From: Myxococcota bacterium
GTDB lineage: Bacteria; Myxococcota_A; UBA796; CAJQPC01
Length of the DNA: 64,000 bases
NCBI GenBank assembly: GCA_036012755.1
Contig: DASCPX010000070.1
Span: forward strand, 32,001 to 96,000
Reading direction: 5' to 3'
Shown here: positions 26,516 through 35,936 of the stretch, piece after piece
Numbering within the stretch: the stretch's first letter is position 1
Layout: every line of letters starts with the position of its first letter
Translations under genes and position numbers: made by a program
The notes under the pieces: generated by a model
Told to the model about the DNA's origin: nothing
What the model saw: only the letters and a program-made list of their open reading frames with translations
Database searches by the model: none

Positions 26516-27354
26516 GTCGTCCTCGGGCGGATGCGGGCGACCGCAGAGGAGACCCGTTGGTGGAGGATGCGGGCAAGGTCACGGGCGTCGTTCGGGACGC
26601 TGGCGTCCGCGACGAGGTGGCCGTAGCGACCGAGCATCTTGCTGCACGCGCGGCTGATGGCTTCGTCGCTCATCATCGGGTTCACGCCGACGATCCTCCA
26701 GTCGTCCGCGCCGTCGAAGCGGTCGAGGTCCCGCCTCAAGCGACGAGCGAGGAGATCCGTCCGCTTGCGCGGGGGCGGCATCGCATCCGGCACCGTGATG
26801 CGCGGGCTGGCCGGCCGGACTCCGGCGCGGAAGCGGAACAGCCCCAGGGCCAGCAGCACCGAGAGGTCCTCGATGACGGTGTCCCTGTCCACCGGGAACA
26901 TCGCCAGGAGGCTGCTCAGGGGCACGTTCGGGGTCTCTCGCCGCCGCATCATCAGGGCGCGGGTGGTCGGACGGAGGGGCAGGCGCTGAGCCGCGGGCGC
27001 GCCTGGAGCGTCGGTGAGCACGTGGTGGGCCCTGGCCACGATCGCCGACTGGTCCGCCAGGCGTCTGCCGGCTTCGTAGATGTGGGGGCCCAGGCTGTAG
27101 TGTCCCGGCCGCTCGAGTCGGGGGCCCTCGCGGAAGACCATGCCGTCGTTGTAGAGCCCCTCCACCATGCAGATGAGTCCGTCGGTATCGGCGGGCCGCC
27201 CGAGGATGACCAGCGCCTCTGCGTGCGGTCCGTGCAGGATGCCGCTGCGGCGACGGATCCACACGCTCGCCAGGAGGGACAGCGCGGGTCCGTTCGGCTC
27301 GAGCCCATCCGGGTGGATGAGGGCGTCAGAGCTCTTTCGGAAGGGGTGACTCAT
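26494..27354 (-). CDS. DUF4388-like + degenerate J-like domain protein (paralog of 1..1278)
   Basis: DDWRIVGVNPMMSDEAISRACSKMLGRY...ARDLARILHQRV aligns with the gene at 1..1278. Confidence 0.65.
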   Translation of the reverse strand: MSHPFRKSSDALIHPDGLEPNGPALSLLASVWIRRRSGILHGPHAEALVILGRPADTDGLICMVEGLYNDGMVFREGPRLERPGHYSLGPHIYEAGRRLADQSAIVARAHHVLTDAPGAPAAQRLPLRPTTRALMMRRRETPNVPLSSLLAMFPVDRDTVIEDLSVLLALGLFRFRAGVRPASPRITVPDAMPPPRKRTDLLARRLRRDLDRFDGADDWRIVGVNPMMSDEAISRACSKMLGRYGHLVADASVPNDARDLARILHQRVSSAVARIRPRTTQRRASP

Positions 27355-27380
27355 CTTGGAAGAGGGGAGAGTACGGGGAG

Positions 27381-28469
27381 TCAGCGGGTCTGACCAATGA
27401 AAAGAGACACCGAGATGCCCCCGTTCGAGAACCGCGCGATCGCCTCCACATTCCGACCGAGGCGACCCGCGAGGGCGGCGTCCGCACACACTACGGCCAC
27501 CCGCCAGCCCTGAACCTGCTGCCCGAGGGCGTCTCCGGCCCGTCGGTAGAGCGGGGCCAGCTTCACGTTCTCCGCGACCCTCCGGCCATAGGGCGGGTTG
27601 ATCATGACCAGTCCCGGACCTGTCAGTTTCCTGTCGAGGCTGGCCGAGATGTCCTTCTGCAGGATCGGCAAGGCGACGCCAGCGCGCTCTGCGTTGGCAC
27701 GGGCTGCCCGGACGGCGCCGACGTCGCGGTCGGCGGCCAGGACCTCGGTCGGCTCCGGACGGCTCGCGCGGGCCTCGTCCAGCATGCGCTTCCAGGTCCT
27801 GGGCGGGAAGGCAGGCAGGGTCGTCACCGGCGGCGTCTGTCCGATTCCCGGAGCGGCCCCCCAGCGAAGGGCCTCGATCGCGAAGGTGCCGGAGCCGCAG
27901 AAGGGGTCATACAGCGGCACTCCCGGTTGCCAGCCGGCGGCGACGAGGCAGGCGGAGGCGAGGTTCTCGCGAATGGGGGCCCTGGCGGTCGCCCTGCGCC
28001 AGCCGCGCTTGTGCAGCCCCGTGGCTGCGACGATGGACACGACGGCTCGCTTGCCGAGGAGGCGGACCCGGACTCCGACGGCGTGCGTCGGTGGCCGCTT
28101 TGCTCGGCGTGGTCCACGGAGCGCGTCGCGGACGGTGTGGACCACTTTCTTCGCGACCACGTCGGTGCGCCCCAGGCGTCCGCCGTACACCCGCACGTCG
28201 GTGGGCTGTCCCGGGTGGACGAAGTCCTTCCAGGGCAGGCGCGACAGCTCCTTCCTGAAGTGCTCGAGGGAGGGGGCGTGGATCTCTCCGACGCGTATGA
28301 GCACCTCTCCGGCGCAGCGGCTCCACAGGGCCAGGCCCGCTGCGTCCACGAGGTCCCCGTCGAGCTCCACGCCTCCCTCGACGGGCACGACCTGCCGCTC
28401 CGACAGCGCGCGGACCTCTTCGGCCAGGGCCTCCTCGAGCCCCGGGGCGATGCCACAGAAGAGCCTCAT
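27381..28469 (-). CDS. THUMP-domain RNA methyltransferase (RlmL-like)
   Basis: GIAPGLEEAL, LHKRGWR...APIRENLA, DPFCGSGT, NPPYG. Confidence 0.9.
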   Translation of the reverse strand: MRLFCGIAPGLEEALAEEVRALSERQVVPVEGGVELDGDLVDAAGLALWSRCAGEVLIRVGEIHAPSLEHFRKELSRLPWKDFVHPGQPTDVRVYGGRLGRTDVVAKKVVHTVRDALRGPRRAKRPPTHAVGVRVRLLGKRAVVSIVAATGLHKRGWRRATARAPIRENLASACLVAAGWQPGVPLYDPFCGSGTFAIEALRWGAAPGIGQTPPVTTLPAFPPRTWKRMLDEARASRPEPTEVLAADRDVGAVRAARANAERAGVALPILQKDISASLDRKLTGPGLVMINPPYGRRVAENVKLAPLYRRAGDALGQQVQGWRVAVVCADAALAGRLGRNVEAIARFSNGGISVSLFIGQTR

Positions 28470-31400
28470 CGGAGGGACTCTTCGTGTTCCGTGGCGAACA
28501 TGGACAGCGCGTCGGCGAGCTCGTCCTCTCCGCCTTCTCGGGCGAAGAGGGCTGCGAGGTTGCCCGCCTGCACACAGTCGAGGTGGGCGAAGCCGGTTCG
28601 GGCGAGGGCCTCGCGCGCACTCACGAGGGACCCGCGCGCCTCCTCGTAGCGTCCCAGCGCGACCAGGCTGGGCAGCTTCAGGGCCCCGATGCTGGACTCG
28701 AGGTAGGTCCAGGTGGCCCTGGAGAGCCCAGCGCTGGAGGCCTCGAACCACTCCAGCGCCTCTCCGTGGCGCCCCAGCATCGCGCAGGTCTGGCCGAGGT
28801 TGAGCTCGGCGACGTGCTCGTCGGTGCTGCAGGCGGCGTGGAAGCGCTGCCGGGCCTGGCGGTAGCGCATCTCGGCGCGGTCCAGGTCGCCTCGCTGTCG
28901 CGCCACCTCTCCGAGCGAGTTGTAGCTGCCGCCCTCTCCGTGGAGCACGTGCTCCCGAGCGAAGAGACCCAGGGCCTCGCGGGAGGCGTTCTCCGAGGCG
29001 TCCAGGCGCCCGCTCTGGCAGAAGACATCGGCCAGGGCGAGCTGCGAGCCTGCCTCGCAGAGGGTGTCGCCGCAGACCCGCGAGAAGCGCACGGCCCGAG
29101 CCAGGACCTCTCCGGCTTGGGTGAGATCCCCGCGGCGCTGCAGCGCGAGCCCGAGGTTCCACCAGCAGCGCGCGGCCTCCCTCTCGTCGTCGAGCTCCAG
29201 GGCGATGTCGAGGGCCTCGTTCATCAGCGCGATGCCCTCCTCGTGTCGTCCTCGCTTTGCGTAGACGGTGCCGAGCTCGCGGAGGGCGAAGACCTCGTGG
29301 ACCCGCCAGCCGTGTGTCCTGGCCTGCTCGAGCAGCGCGAGGTTGGAGCGCTCCTCGACCTGGGTCGCTCCGCGGACGAGGGCCTGGCGGCTGCGCTCCC
29401 GGGCGAGGTTGCCCCAGCGCGCGTCCTGTGGAGGGATGTCTGCCGCTGTCAGGGCCTCCTCGTAGAGCCGGAGGAGCTCGACCGCTCGCTCCAGATCGCC
29501 CTGGGCGCGGCAGGCTCGGACCGCGATCATCGTGGGGACGAGGGCCTCTTCGGGGCGGCCGGCCTTCACGAGGTGCTCGGCGTAGCGGGCGTCGATGCCT
29601 GCGCCCAGGCGGCCGCCCAGGGCATCGGCGCATGCCCCGTGGTGGCCGGCCAGTCGCTTGCCCCGGCGCGCCGCCAGCACGAGCGACTCGCGCAGCATGC
29701 CGTGGACGAAGGTGAGCGCGCCCTCGTCGGGTGCTGTGAGGTTGGCCTGGATGAGGACCTCGATGAGGTCATCAGAGGGGGACAGTCCGCGGATCTGGCA
29801 GGCGTCCTGCCACTCGTCGAGCTCGGACCCGGCGCCGAGCACCGCGCCGATCTCCAGGGCCTGCATGTCATCTGGTGGTCTACCGCCCAGGATGCGCTCG
29901 AGGGCGCCGCGCCAGATGCCGTAGAGGTCGCTGGGCAGATCCGGCTCGGAGATCGACAGCAGCCAGCCATCGGGACCACGCTCGAGAAGCCCGCGCTGCA
30001 CCCAGTCTCCGACCAGCTCCACGGCGAAGAGGGGGATCCCGCCGGCGCGGGCCTGGAGCTGCTCTGCCAGGGTCGGGTCCAGGCCGAGCAGGCCCTGGAC
30101 CAGCGCCGCGCTCTCCTCCGCGTCGAGTGGGCCGACCTCGACCAGCACCGTCTCCGGCTGGGCGATCAGGTCCTCCAGCAGGGCCTCGGCCCGCTTGGGG
30201 ATCGGGCCGTCGCGCACGGTCAGCACCAACAGACCCGGGATCCGGCGCTGCAGGTACCAGCGCGAGTAGCCCAGGGCGTCCGGCCCCCACTGGACGTCAT
30301 CGAGCCAGGTCACGACGAGCTCCGACAGGGCCCGCTGGACGACCCCGTAGCGCTCGGCAGGCCTCAGCCGGGTGCGGCCGTCCAGCCAGTCGGCGAGGAG
30401 CTGCTCTCCGCCGAGCTGGGCCAGGGCTTGACCTTCGAGCCCTTCCGCGGCCAGCTGCCGGCGGACCAGCCCCGGGAGACCCTGGCGGGGTCCGGGGGTG
30501 GGGCTGTGGAAGGCCCGGCCCGCGCGCAGGCCTCCCAGCTCGTGGGCTCGGGCGCAGAGCCAGGCGGCGAGGCGGGACTTGCCCACACCCGCGGGGCCGC
30601 GCAGGACCACGCAGCGTGTGCGCCCTTCGACGGCCTCGCCGAGGAGCTCCCAGAGTCGGGTGCGGTGTGCCACTCGACCGATGAGGGGGGGTGGCCGGAG
30701 CGCGTAGAGGCCGAGGCCCGCGTAGATCAGCTCCGTGCGCTCCTCTGTCTTGGGTCGAGCCCACTCATCCGGGAGGATCACGGTCGTGTGTGTCTCGCCG
30801 AGGTCCAGGAGCATCGCGGCTGCGTGCGCGGCGCTGGGGGGTCGGCCTCGGCGCTCCTTGGCCATGAGGCAGGCGATCCAGCGATCGACGCCCGTCGCTG
30901 GCTCCACCGGGAGCGGTGGCACGGGCTGCTCGAGGTGGCCGGAGACAGCGGGGCCCAGGCCACGTCCGAAGGGGGGCTCCCCCGCGATGAGGGTGTAGGC
31001 GGCGGCGCCGACGGCGTAGAGATCGGTCTCGACGCCGAAGCTGCGCCACTCGCCGCGGAGCTGCTCCGGGCTCATGTAGGCCGGGGTCCCGGCCGAGGGC
31101 TTCGCGGCGCCGGGCTCGAGCAGGCCTTCTGCGAGGCCGAAGTCCGTGAGCACGAGGTCGTCGCCGTCGAGCATCAGGTTTCCGGGCTTGACGTCCCGGT
31201 GGACGAGGCCGTTGGCGTGGGCGTGACCAAGGGCGTCGAGCAGCTGGAGCAGGAGGCGCTTGAGGTGGGCCCAGGGGAGGGCGCCCCGGTGCTTCGTGAG
31301 GGTGCCGTCGGGGCAGAGCTGCATGGCGAGCCAGGGGGCGCCTGTCTGGAAGCGACCCTTGAAGGCCTTTGCTTCTCGCGGGCTCACCACTCCGAGCTCG

Positions 31401-31612
31401 AAGAGCTGGACCACGTTGGGGTGGTCGAGGCGGGCCACTGCGCGGACCTCGTTCCGGAAGCTCCGGACGAGCTCCGGTGAGGCGGCGTCCTCGTGCGTGA
31501 GGACCTTCACCGCGACCTCCAGCCCGCTGGCGTGCACGCCGCGGTAGACCTCGGCCGCGGCGCCCCTGCCGAGGGGCCCTGTGAGGGTGAAGGGTCCGAG
31601 CGAGAAGGACAT
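28466..31612 (-). CDS. Ser/Thr kinase - AAA/STAND ATPase - TPR protein (second paralog)
   Basis: HRDVKPGN, DFG, SPE; GPAGVGKS; WLDDVQW; TPR helices. ATG 31612 (MSFSLGPF). Confidence 0.92.
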   Translation of the reverse strand: MSFSLGPFTLTGPLGRGAAAEVYRGVHASGLEVAVKVLTHEDAASPELVRSFRNEVRAVARLDHPNVVQLFELGVVSPREAKAFKGRFQTGAPWLAMQLCPDGTLTKHRGALPWAHLKRLLLQLLDALGHAHANGLVHRDVKPGNLMLDGDDLVLTDFGLAEGLLEPGAAKPSAGTPAYMSPEQLRGEWRSFGVETDLYAVGAAAYTLIAGEPPFGRGLGPAVSGHLEQPVPPLPVEPATGVDRWIACLMAKERRGRPPSAAHAAAMLLDLGETHTTVILPDEWARPKTEERTELIYAGLGLYALRPPPLIGRVAHRTRLWELLGEAVEGRTRCVVLRGPAGVGKSRLAAWLCARAHELGGLRAGRAFHSPTPGPRQGLPGLVRRQLAAEGLEGQALAQLGGEQLLADWLDGRTRLRPAERYGVVQRALSELVVTWLDDVQWGPDALGYSRWYLQRRIPGLLVLTVRDGPIPKRAEALLEDLIAQPETVLVEVGPLDAEESAALVQGLLGLDPTLAEQLQARAGGIPLFAVELVGDWVQRGLLERGPDGWLLSISEPDLPSDLYGIWRGALERILGGRPPDDMQALEIGAVLGAGSELDEWQDACQIRGLSPSDDLIEVLIQANLTAPDEGALTFVHGMLRESLVLAARRGKRLAGHHGACADALGGRLGAGIDARYAEHLVKAGRPEEALVPTMIAVRACRAQGDLERAVELLRLYEEALTAADIPPQDARWGNLARERSRQALVRGATQVEERSNLALLEQARTHGWRVHEVFALRELGTVYAKRGRHEEGIALMNEALDIALELDDEREAARCWWNLGLALQRRGDLTQAGEVLARAVRFSRVCGDTLCEAGSQLALADVFCQSGRLDASENASREALGLFAREHVLHGEGGSYNSLGEVARQRGDLDRAEMRYRQARQRFHAACSTDEHVAELNLGQTCAMLGRHGEALEWFEASSAGLSRATWTYLESSIGALKLPSLVALGRYEEARGSLVSAREALARTGFAHLDCVQAGNLAALFAREGGEDELADALSMFATEHEESLR

Positions 31613-31636
31613 TGTTAGGAGCCCTTGGAGGTCGCC

Positions 31637-32413
31637 TTGGGCTATCACGCCATCATCACTGGAGCGTCCGCCGGCATCGGCGCGGCGCTGGCACACGAGC
31701 TCAGCAGGAGCGGCTACAGCGTGGGGCTGATCGCCCGCCGCGAGGCGAAGCTGGCGGAGGTCGTGGACTCGGTCCGGGGCTCCGGTGGGGTCGCCGAGTA
31801 CGCCGTCGCCGACGTGACCGATCGAGAAGCTCTCACGGCGGCGGTGCGCCAGCTCGAGGACAAGCTCGGTCCTTGCGAGCTCATGGTGGCCAACGCCGGG
31901 GTCATCGGCATGCAGTTCGCGGACGAGTTCAAGGCGACGGACGTCACCTGGATCATGGACGTCAACTTCAACGGAGTCGTCCACAGCGTCGAGGCCGTGC
32001 TGCAGGGCATGCTCTCCCGGGGCCGCGGCCAGCTCGTGGCCATCTCGAGTGTGGCCGGCTTCCGCGGCCTGCCGACCTGGGGGGCCTATTCGGCGTCGAA
32101 GGCGGCGGTCAGCACCTTCATGGAGTCCCTGCGCGTCGAGCTGAAGCCCCGCGGCATCACGGTGACGACGGTCCAGCCAGGCTTCATCGACACGGACATG
32201 ACCGCCGGGAGCAAGAACCCCATGCCGTTCCTGCTCTCCAGCGATGACCTCGCCCACCGGGTCGCCGGCGCCATCGCGCGCAGGGCAGGGGAGTACACGG
32301 TCCCCTGGCAGATGGGGGCCCTGATGTGGGTGACACGGCGCTTGCCGAACTGGCTCTACGACAAGGTGCTCTACAGCAACGTCCCGAAGTCGAAGAGGGG
32401 CCCCGCCCGCTGA
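31637..32413 (+). CDS. Short-chain dehydrogenase/reductase
   Basis: TGASAGIG, ANAG, YSASK; GGAGG precedes TTG 31637. Confidence 0.93.
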   Translation: MGYHAIITGASAGIGAALAHELSRSGYSVGLIARREAKLAEVVDSVRGSGGVAEYAVADVTDREALTAAVRQLEDKLGPCELMVANAGVIGMQFADEFKATDVTWIMDVNFNGVVHSVEAVLQGMLSRGRGQLVAISSVAGFRGLPTWGAYSASKAAVSTFMESLRVELKPRGITVTTVQPGFIDTDMTAGSKNPMPFLLSSDDLAHRVAGAIARRAGEYTVPWQMGALMWVTRRLPNWLYDKVLYSNVPKSKRGPAR

Positions 32414-32477
32414 GCGCCCACCTTGGGTGCACGAGGCCTTCTGGTTAGGGGCCTCCACCTGCATTTGGAGCCGCCCG

Positions 32478-34736
32478 ATGATCGACATCTCCGCCATCGA
32501 GAAGGTCTACGCCCGCGCCGGTGAGCGCGCTGCTATCGGTCGTCGCCGGCTCGGCCGTGCGCTCACCCTCGGCGAGAAGATCCTCTTCAACCACCTCGTC
32601 GAGCCCGAGACCGCCTCCTTCGATCGCAAGACGAGCTTCCTCGATCTCCAGGTCGACCGCGTCGCCATGCAGGACGCCACGGCCCAGATGGCCCTGCTCC
32701 AGTTCGTGGTCGCCGACAGGTCAGCGGTCGCCGTGCCCAGCACGGTCCACTGCGACCACCTGATCCGCGCCTACGAGGGCGGCGACTCCGACCTCGCCGT
32801 GGCCAACGCCGAGAACTGCGAGGTCTACGACTTCCTGCGCTCGGTCAGCGCCCGCTACGGGCTCGGCTTCTGGAAGCCCGGAGCGGGCATCATCCACCAG
32901 GTCGTGCTCGAGAACTACGCCTTCCCCGGCGGCCTGATGATCGGCACGGACTCCCACACCGTGAACGCTGGCGGCCTTGGCATGATCGCTGTCGGAGTGG
33001 GCGGCGCCGACGCGGTCGACGCCATGGTCGGCATGCCCTGGGAGGTCCTCAACCCCGGCTACATCGGCGTTCGCCTCACGGGCGAGCTCAGCGGATGGGC
33101 CAGCGCAAAGGACGTCATCCTCAAGGTCTGCGAGATCCTCACGGTCAAGGGCGGCACCAACCACATCGTCGAGTACTTCGGCCCTGGCGCCAGCAGTCTC
33201 TCCGCCACCGGCAAGGGCACCATCTGCAACATGGGCGCAGAGCACGGCGCGACCACCAGCACCTTCCCCTACGACCAGCGCATGGGCGACTACCTGCGGG
33301 CCACCGGTCGCGCCCGGATCGCCGAGCTGGCCGACCGCTACGCCGAGCACCTCCGGGCCGATCCCGAGGTGCTGGCCGAGCCGGAGCGCTACTACGACCG
33401 CGTCGTCGAGATCGACCTGTCCACGCTGGAGCCCCACGTCGTCGGGCCCCACACCCCAGACCGGGCTCGGCCCATCTCCGCCATGGCGGCCGAGTGCGAG
33501 GCCGAGGGCTGGCCGCGAGAGCTGAAGTTCGCGCTCATCGGCAGCTGCACCAACTCCTCCTACGAGGACATCGATCGCTCCGCCCACATCGCCCGCCAGG
33601 CCCGCGACAAGGGGCTCAGCGCCAAGAGCGGCTTCATGATCAGCCCCGGCTCCGACCAGGTCATGGCCACGATCCAGCGGGACGGGCAGGCCTTCGACTT
33701 CGCCGACGTCGGCGGCGTCGTGCTCGCCAACGCCTGCGGCCCCTGCATCGGCCAGTGGCAACGGGTGGACATCGACAAGGGCGACGTCAACACCATCATC
33801 AACAGCTTCAACCGCAACTTCCGTGGCCGCAACGACGCCAACCCCGCCACCTTGGGCTTCATCGGCAGCCCAGAGCTCGTCACGGCGCTGGCCATCGCTG
33901 GTGACATCGGCTTCAACCCGCTCACCGACACCCTCACCGACGCCGACGGCAACACCTTCTTGCTCCAGCCCCCCCAGGGCGAGGAGCTCCCCCCGGAGGG
34001 CTTCGTCGCCAAGCTCGACGGCTTCGTGGCGCCCCTGCCCGTGGAGCAGCGCGGATCGGTCGAGGTCGTCATCAACGAGGGCAGCGACCGCATCGAGCGT
34101 CTCACGCCTTTCGCACGCTGGAACGGCCGGGACATCTCGGGCCTGCGCGTGCTGGTGAAGGCCGCCGGAAAGTGCACCACCGACCACATCTCGGCAGCGG
34201 GACCCTGGCTGAAGTACCGGGGTCACCTCACGAACATCAGCGGCAACCTGATGCTCGGGGCCAACAACGCCTACACGGGCGACTTCGGTGTCGGAATGAA
34301 CTTCCTCACCGGGGAGAAGGCGTCTCACCCGGACCTCGCCAAGCAGTACAAGGCCGCCGGGCAGGCCTGGGTCATCTTCGGCGACGAGAACTACGGCGAG
34401 GGCTCGAGCCGCGAGCACGCCGCGATGGAGCCTCGCCACATGGGCTGCAAGGCCGTCATCGTGCGCTCCTTCGCTCGCATCCACGAGACCAACCTCAAGA
34501 AGCAGGGGGTCCTGCCCCTGACCTTCGCGAACCACGACGACTACGACCTGGTGCGCGGCGACGACCTCGTCTCCATAGAGGGCATCGGCTCCATCGCCGA
34601 CGGGGGCTCGCCAAGGCTGGTGCTCTCTCACAGCGACGGCACCACCGACACCATCGAGACCGACAACACGGTCTCCCGCGAGCAGTTCGAGTGGTACGTG
34701 GCCGGCTCGGCGCTCAACAAGATCCGCGGCGCCTGA
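32478..34736 (+). CDS. Aconitate hydratase (mitochondrial-type)
   Basis: DRVAMQDATAQMA, HCDHLI, GSCTNSSYED, NACGPCIGQW, GEGSSREHAA. Confidence 0.96.
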   Translation: MIDISAIEKVYARAGERAAIGRRRLGRALTLGEKILFNHLVEPETASFDRKTSFLDLQVDRVAMQDATAQMALLQFVVADRSAVAVPSTVHCDHLIRAYEGGDSDLAVANAENCEVYDFLRSVSARYGLGFWKPGAGIIHQVVLENYAFPGGLMIGTDSHTVNAGGLGMIAVGVGGADAVDAMVGMPWEVLNPGYIGVRLTGELSGWASAKDVILKVCEILTVKGGTNHIVEYFGPGASSLSATGKGTICNMGAEHGATTSTFPYDQRMGDYLRATGRARIAELADRYAEHLRADPEVLAEPERYYDRVVEIDLSTLEPHVVGPHTPDRARPISAMAAECEAEGWPRELKFALIGSCTNSSYEDIDRSAHIARQARDKGLSAKSGFMISPGSDQVMATIQRDGQAFDFADVGGVVLANACGPCIGQWQRVDIDKGDVNTIINSFNRNFRGRNDANPATLGFIGSPELVTALAIAGDIGFNPLTDTLTDADGNTFLLQPPQGEELPPEGFVAKLDGFVAPLPVEQRGSVEVVINEGSDRIERLTPFARWNGRDISGLRVLVKAAGKCTTDHISAAGPWLKYRGHLTNISGNLMLGANNAYTGDFGVGMNFLTGEKASHPDLAKQYKAAGQAWVIFGDENYGEGSSREHAAMEPRHMGCKAVIVRSFARIHETNLKKQGVLPLTFANHDDYDLVRGDDLVSIEGIGSIADGGSPRLVLSHSDGTTDTIETDNTVSREQFEWYVAGSALNKIRGA

Positions 34737-34801
34737 TGCTGTGGCAGAGGACCTGATCGCGGCTGAACCCCGGCGACCGCGTCGCCGCAGTAGGCTTCGG
34801 C

Positions 34802-35545
34802 ATGCATCTTCTCGCTTCAGTCGCCCTCGCCACGCCGCTGATCACCTTCATCGAGGCGCCGGGTCTCGGGACCTCCGAACAGGCCGAAGCGACCCACCTT
34901 TTGAGCCAGGCCCACGAGGCGTGTCCTGGGGACACGAGTAGAACGGTGACCTTCGGCGCCGAGGACGGGGAACTGAGCGGCCTGAGCGTCGAGACGTGTC
35001 CTGGGGACACGAGTAGAACGGTGACCTTCGACGCCGAGGACGGGGAACTGAGCGGCCTGAGCGTCAAGCCCACGGAGCCTTGCTTCGAGCAGGCTCTTCG
35101 GAGTCTGGACGCGTCTTCCGTCCCCTCCGGCCACTACGTCGTCGAGCTCCTGGAGATGGAGTCCGCACTGCTCCTGTCCATCATCGGCACCACGGGCGAC
35201 GAACCCGGGGTCGAGGACATCTTCTCGGATCCCGTGGACATGGCGGCCCTCGACGCAGCGTTCGCGGCCTCCACAGGTGTCGTCGTCGCCGCTTCCCCGT
35301 CGGTCACCCCCGTGTCCGCACCGCCGGGTCTGAGCTTCCCGCCGACTCCGGCCCAGAAGTGCGACGGCAAGGAGGGCTCGAACACCTCGCATCGAGCGGA
35401 GCTCCTGTTCCAGAACGGCCACGCGATGGTGATGTCGATCTCACCCGAGGACGACTTCTCCAAGTGCCTCGAGACCGAGCTCACCACGCTCCGAGCCGAC
35501 ACCATGGACGGCTCGGTCGTGGTCGACGTCATCGGCACGCACTGA
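34802..35545 (+). CDS. Secreted protein with AgmX/PglI-C-like Cys-paired modules and an internal 25-aa duplication
   Basis: MHLLASVALA signal; LLSIIGTTGD...DIF...LDAAFA segment; paired Cys. Confidence 0.5.
   Translation: MHLLASVALATPLITFIEAPGLGTSEQAEATHLLSQAHEACPGDTSRTVTFGAEDGELSGLSVETCPGDTSRTVTFDAEDGELSGLSVKPTEPCFEQALRSLDASSVPSGHYVVELLEMESALLLSIIGTTGDEPGVEDIFSDPVDMAALDAAFAASTGVVVAASPSVTPVSAPPGLSFPPTPAQKCDGKEGSNTSHRAELLFQNGHAMVMSISPEDDFSKCLETELTTLRADTMDGSVVVDVIGTH
34920..35069 (+). repeat. Near-perfect 75-bp tandem duplication (2 copies, in frame)
   Basis: cgtgtcctggggacacgagtagaacggtgaccttcg[g/a]cgccgaggacggggaactgagcggcctgagcgtc at 34920 and 34995. Confidence 0.95.
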
Positions 35546-35601
35546 TGCTCCTGCTCGCGTCGCTGGCCCTCGGCGCCTCCCGATTCGGTTAGTCCAACCC
35601 C

Positions 35602-35922
35602 ATGATTCCCATCCTCACCATCGCGCTCTCGAACCCCAGTGGCGACGAACTCCCCTTCCGAGAGCTGGCCGAGCACGTGAGTCCTGCGGCCTACACCTGC
35701 CTCGTCGAGGCCAACGCCGACGGCCCGGTCCTGGTGGACGTGTCGTCGCGTGGCGGCAACCTGTCCGTGAAGCCCGCCAGCGCCCACGAGGGCGACCTCG
35801 AGATCTGCGTGGTCGCTGCGGTCCTCGACGCCAAGCGCCCCGAGCTGCCGGATGGCTCAGCCCAGCTGTCCTTTGGCCTGGAGCGTGGCGAGCCCGAGCC
35901 CGAGGTCGACCCCATCGAGTGA
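35602..35922 (+). CDS. Small secreted protein, possible AgmX/PglI-C-like fold
   Basis: MIPILTIALS; C...GPVLVDV...LEICVVAAV. Confidence 0.5.
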   Translation: MIPILTIALSNPSGDELPFRELAEHVSPAAYTCLVEANADGPVLVDVSSRGGNLSVKPASAHEGDLEICVVAAVLDAKRPELPDGSAQLSFGLERGEPEPEVDPIE

Positions 35923-35936
35923 GGCGACGCAGCGGC

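Noticed and set aside
19040..31480. Long alternative ORFs such as 19040..21712 (+), 20968..24012 (-) and 28484..31480 (+)
   Set aside because: Shadow frames of real genes caused by high GC and codon bias; Arg/Pro/Gly-rich or antisense with no motifs.
31613..32497. Long N-terminal extensions in the ORF track (e.g. 28466..32497, 27381..29633, 57563..59551)
   Set aside because: They overlap neighbouring genuine genes; homology-like sequence begins at the downstream starts I report.
34920..35069. CRISPR-like repeat with a palindromic start
   Set aside because: Two contiguous 75-bp copies with no unique spacer, in frame within a CDS; no cas genes.
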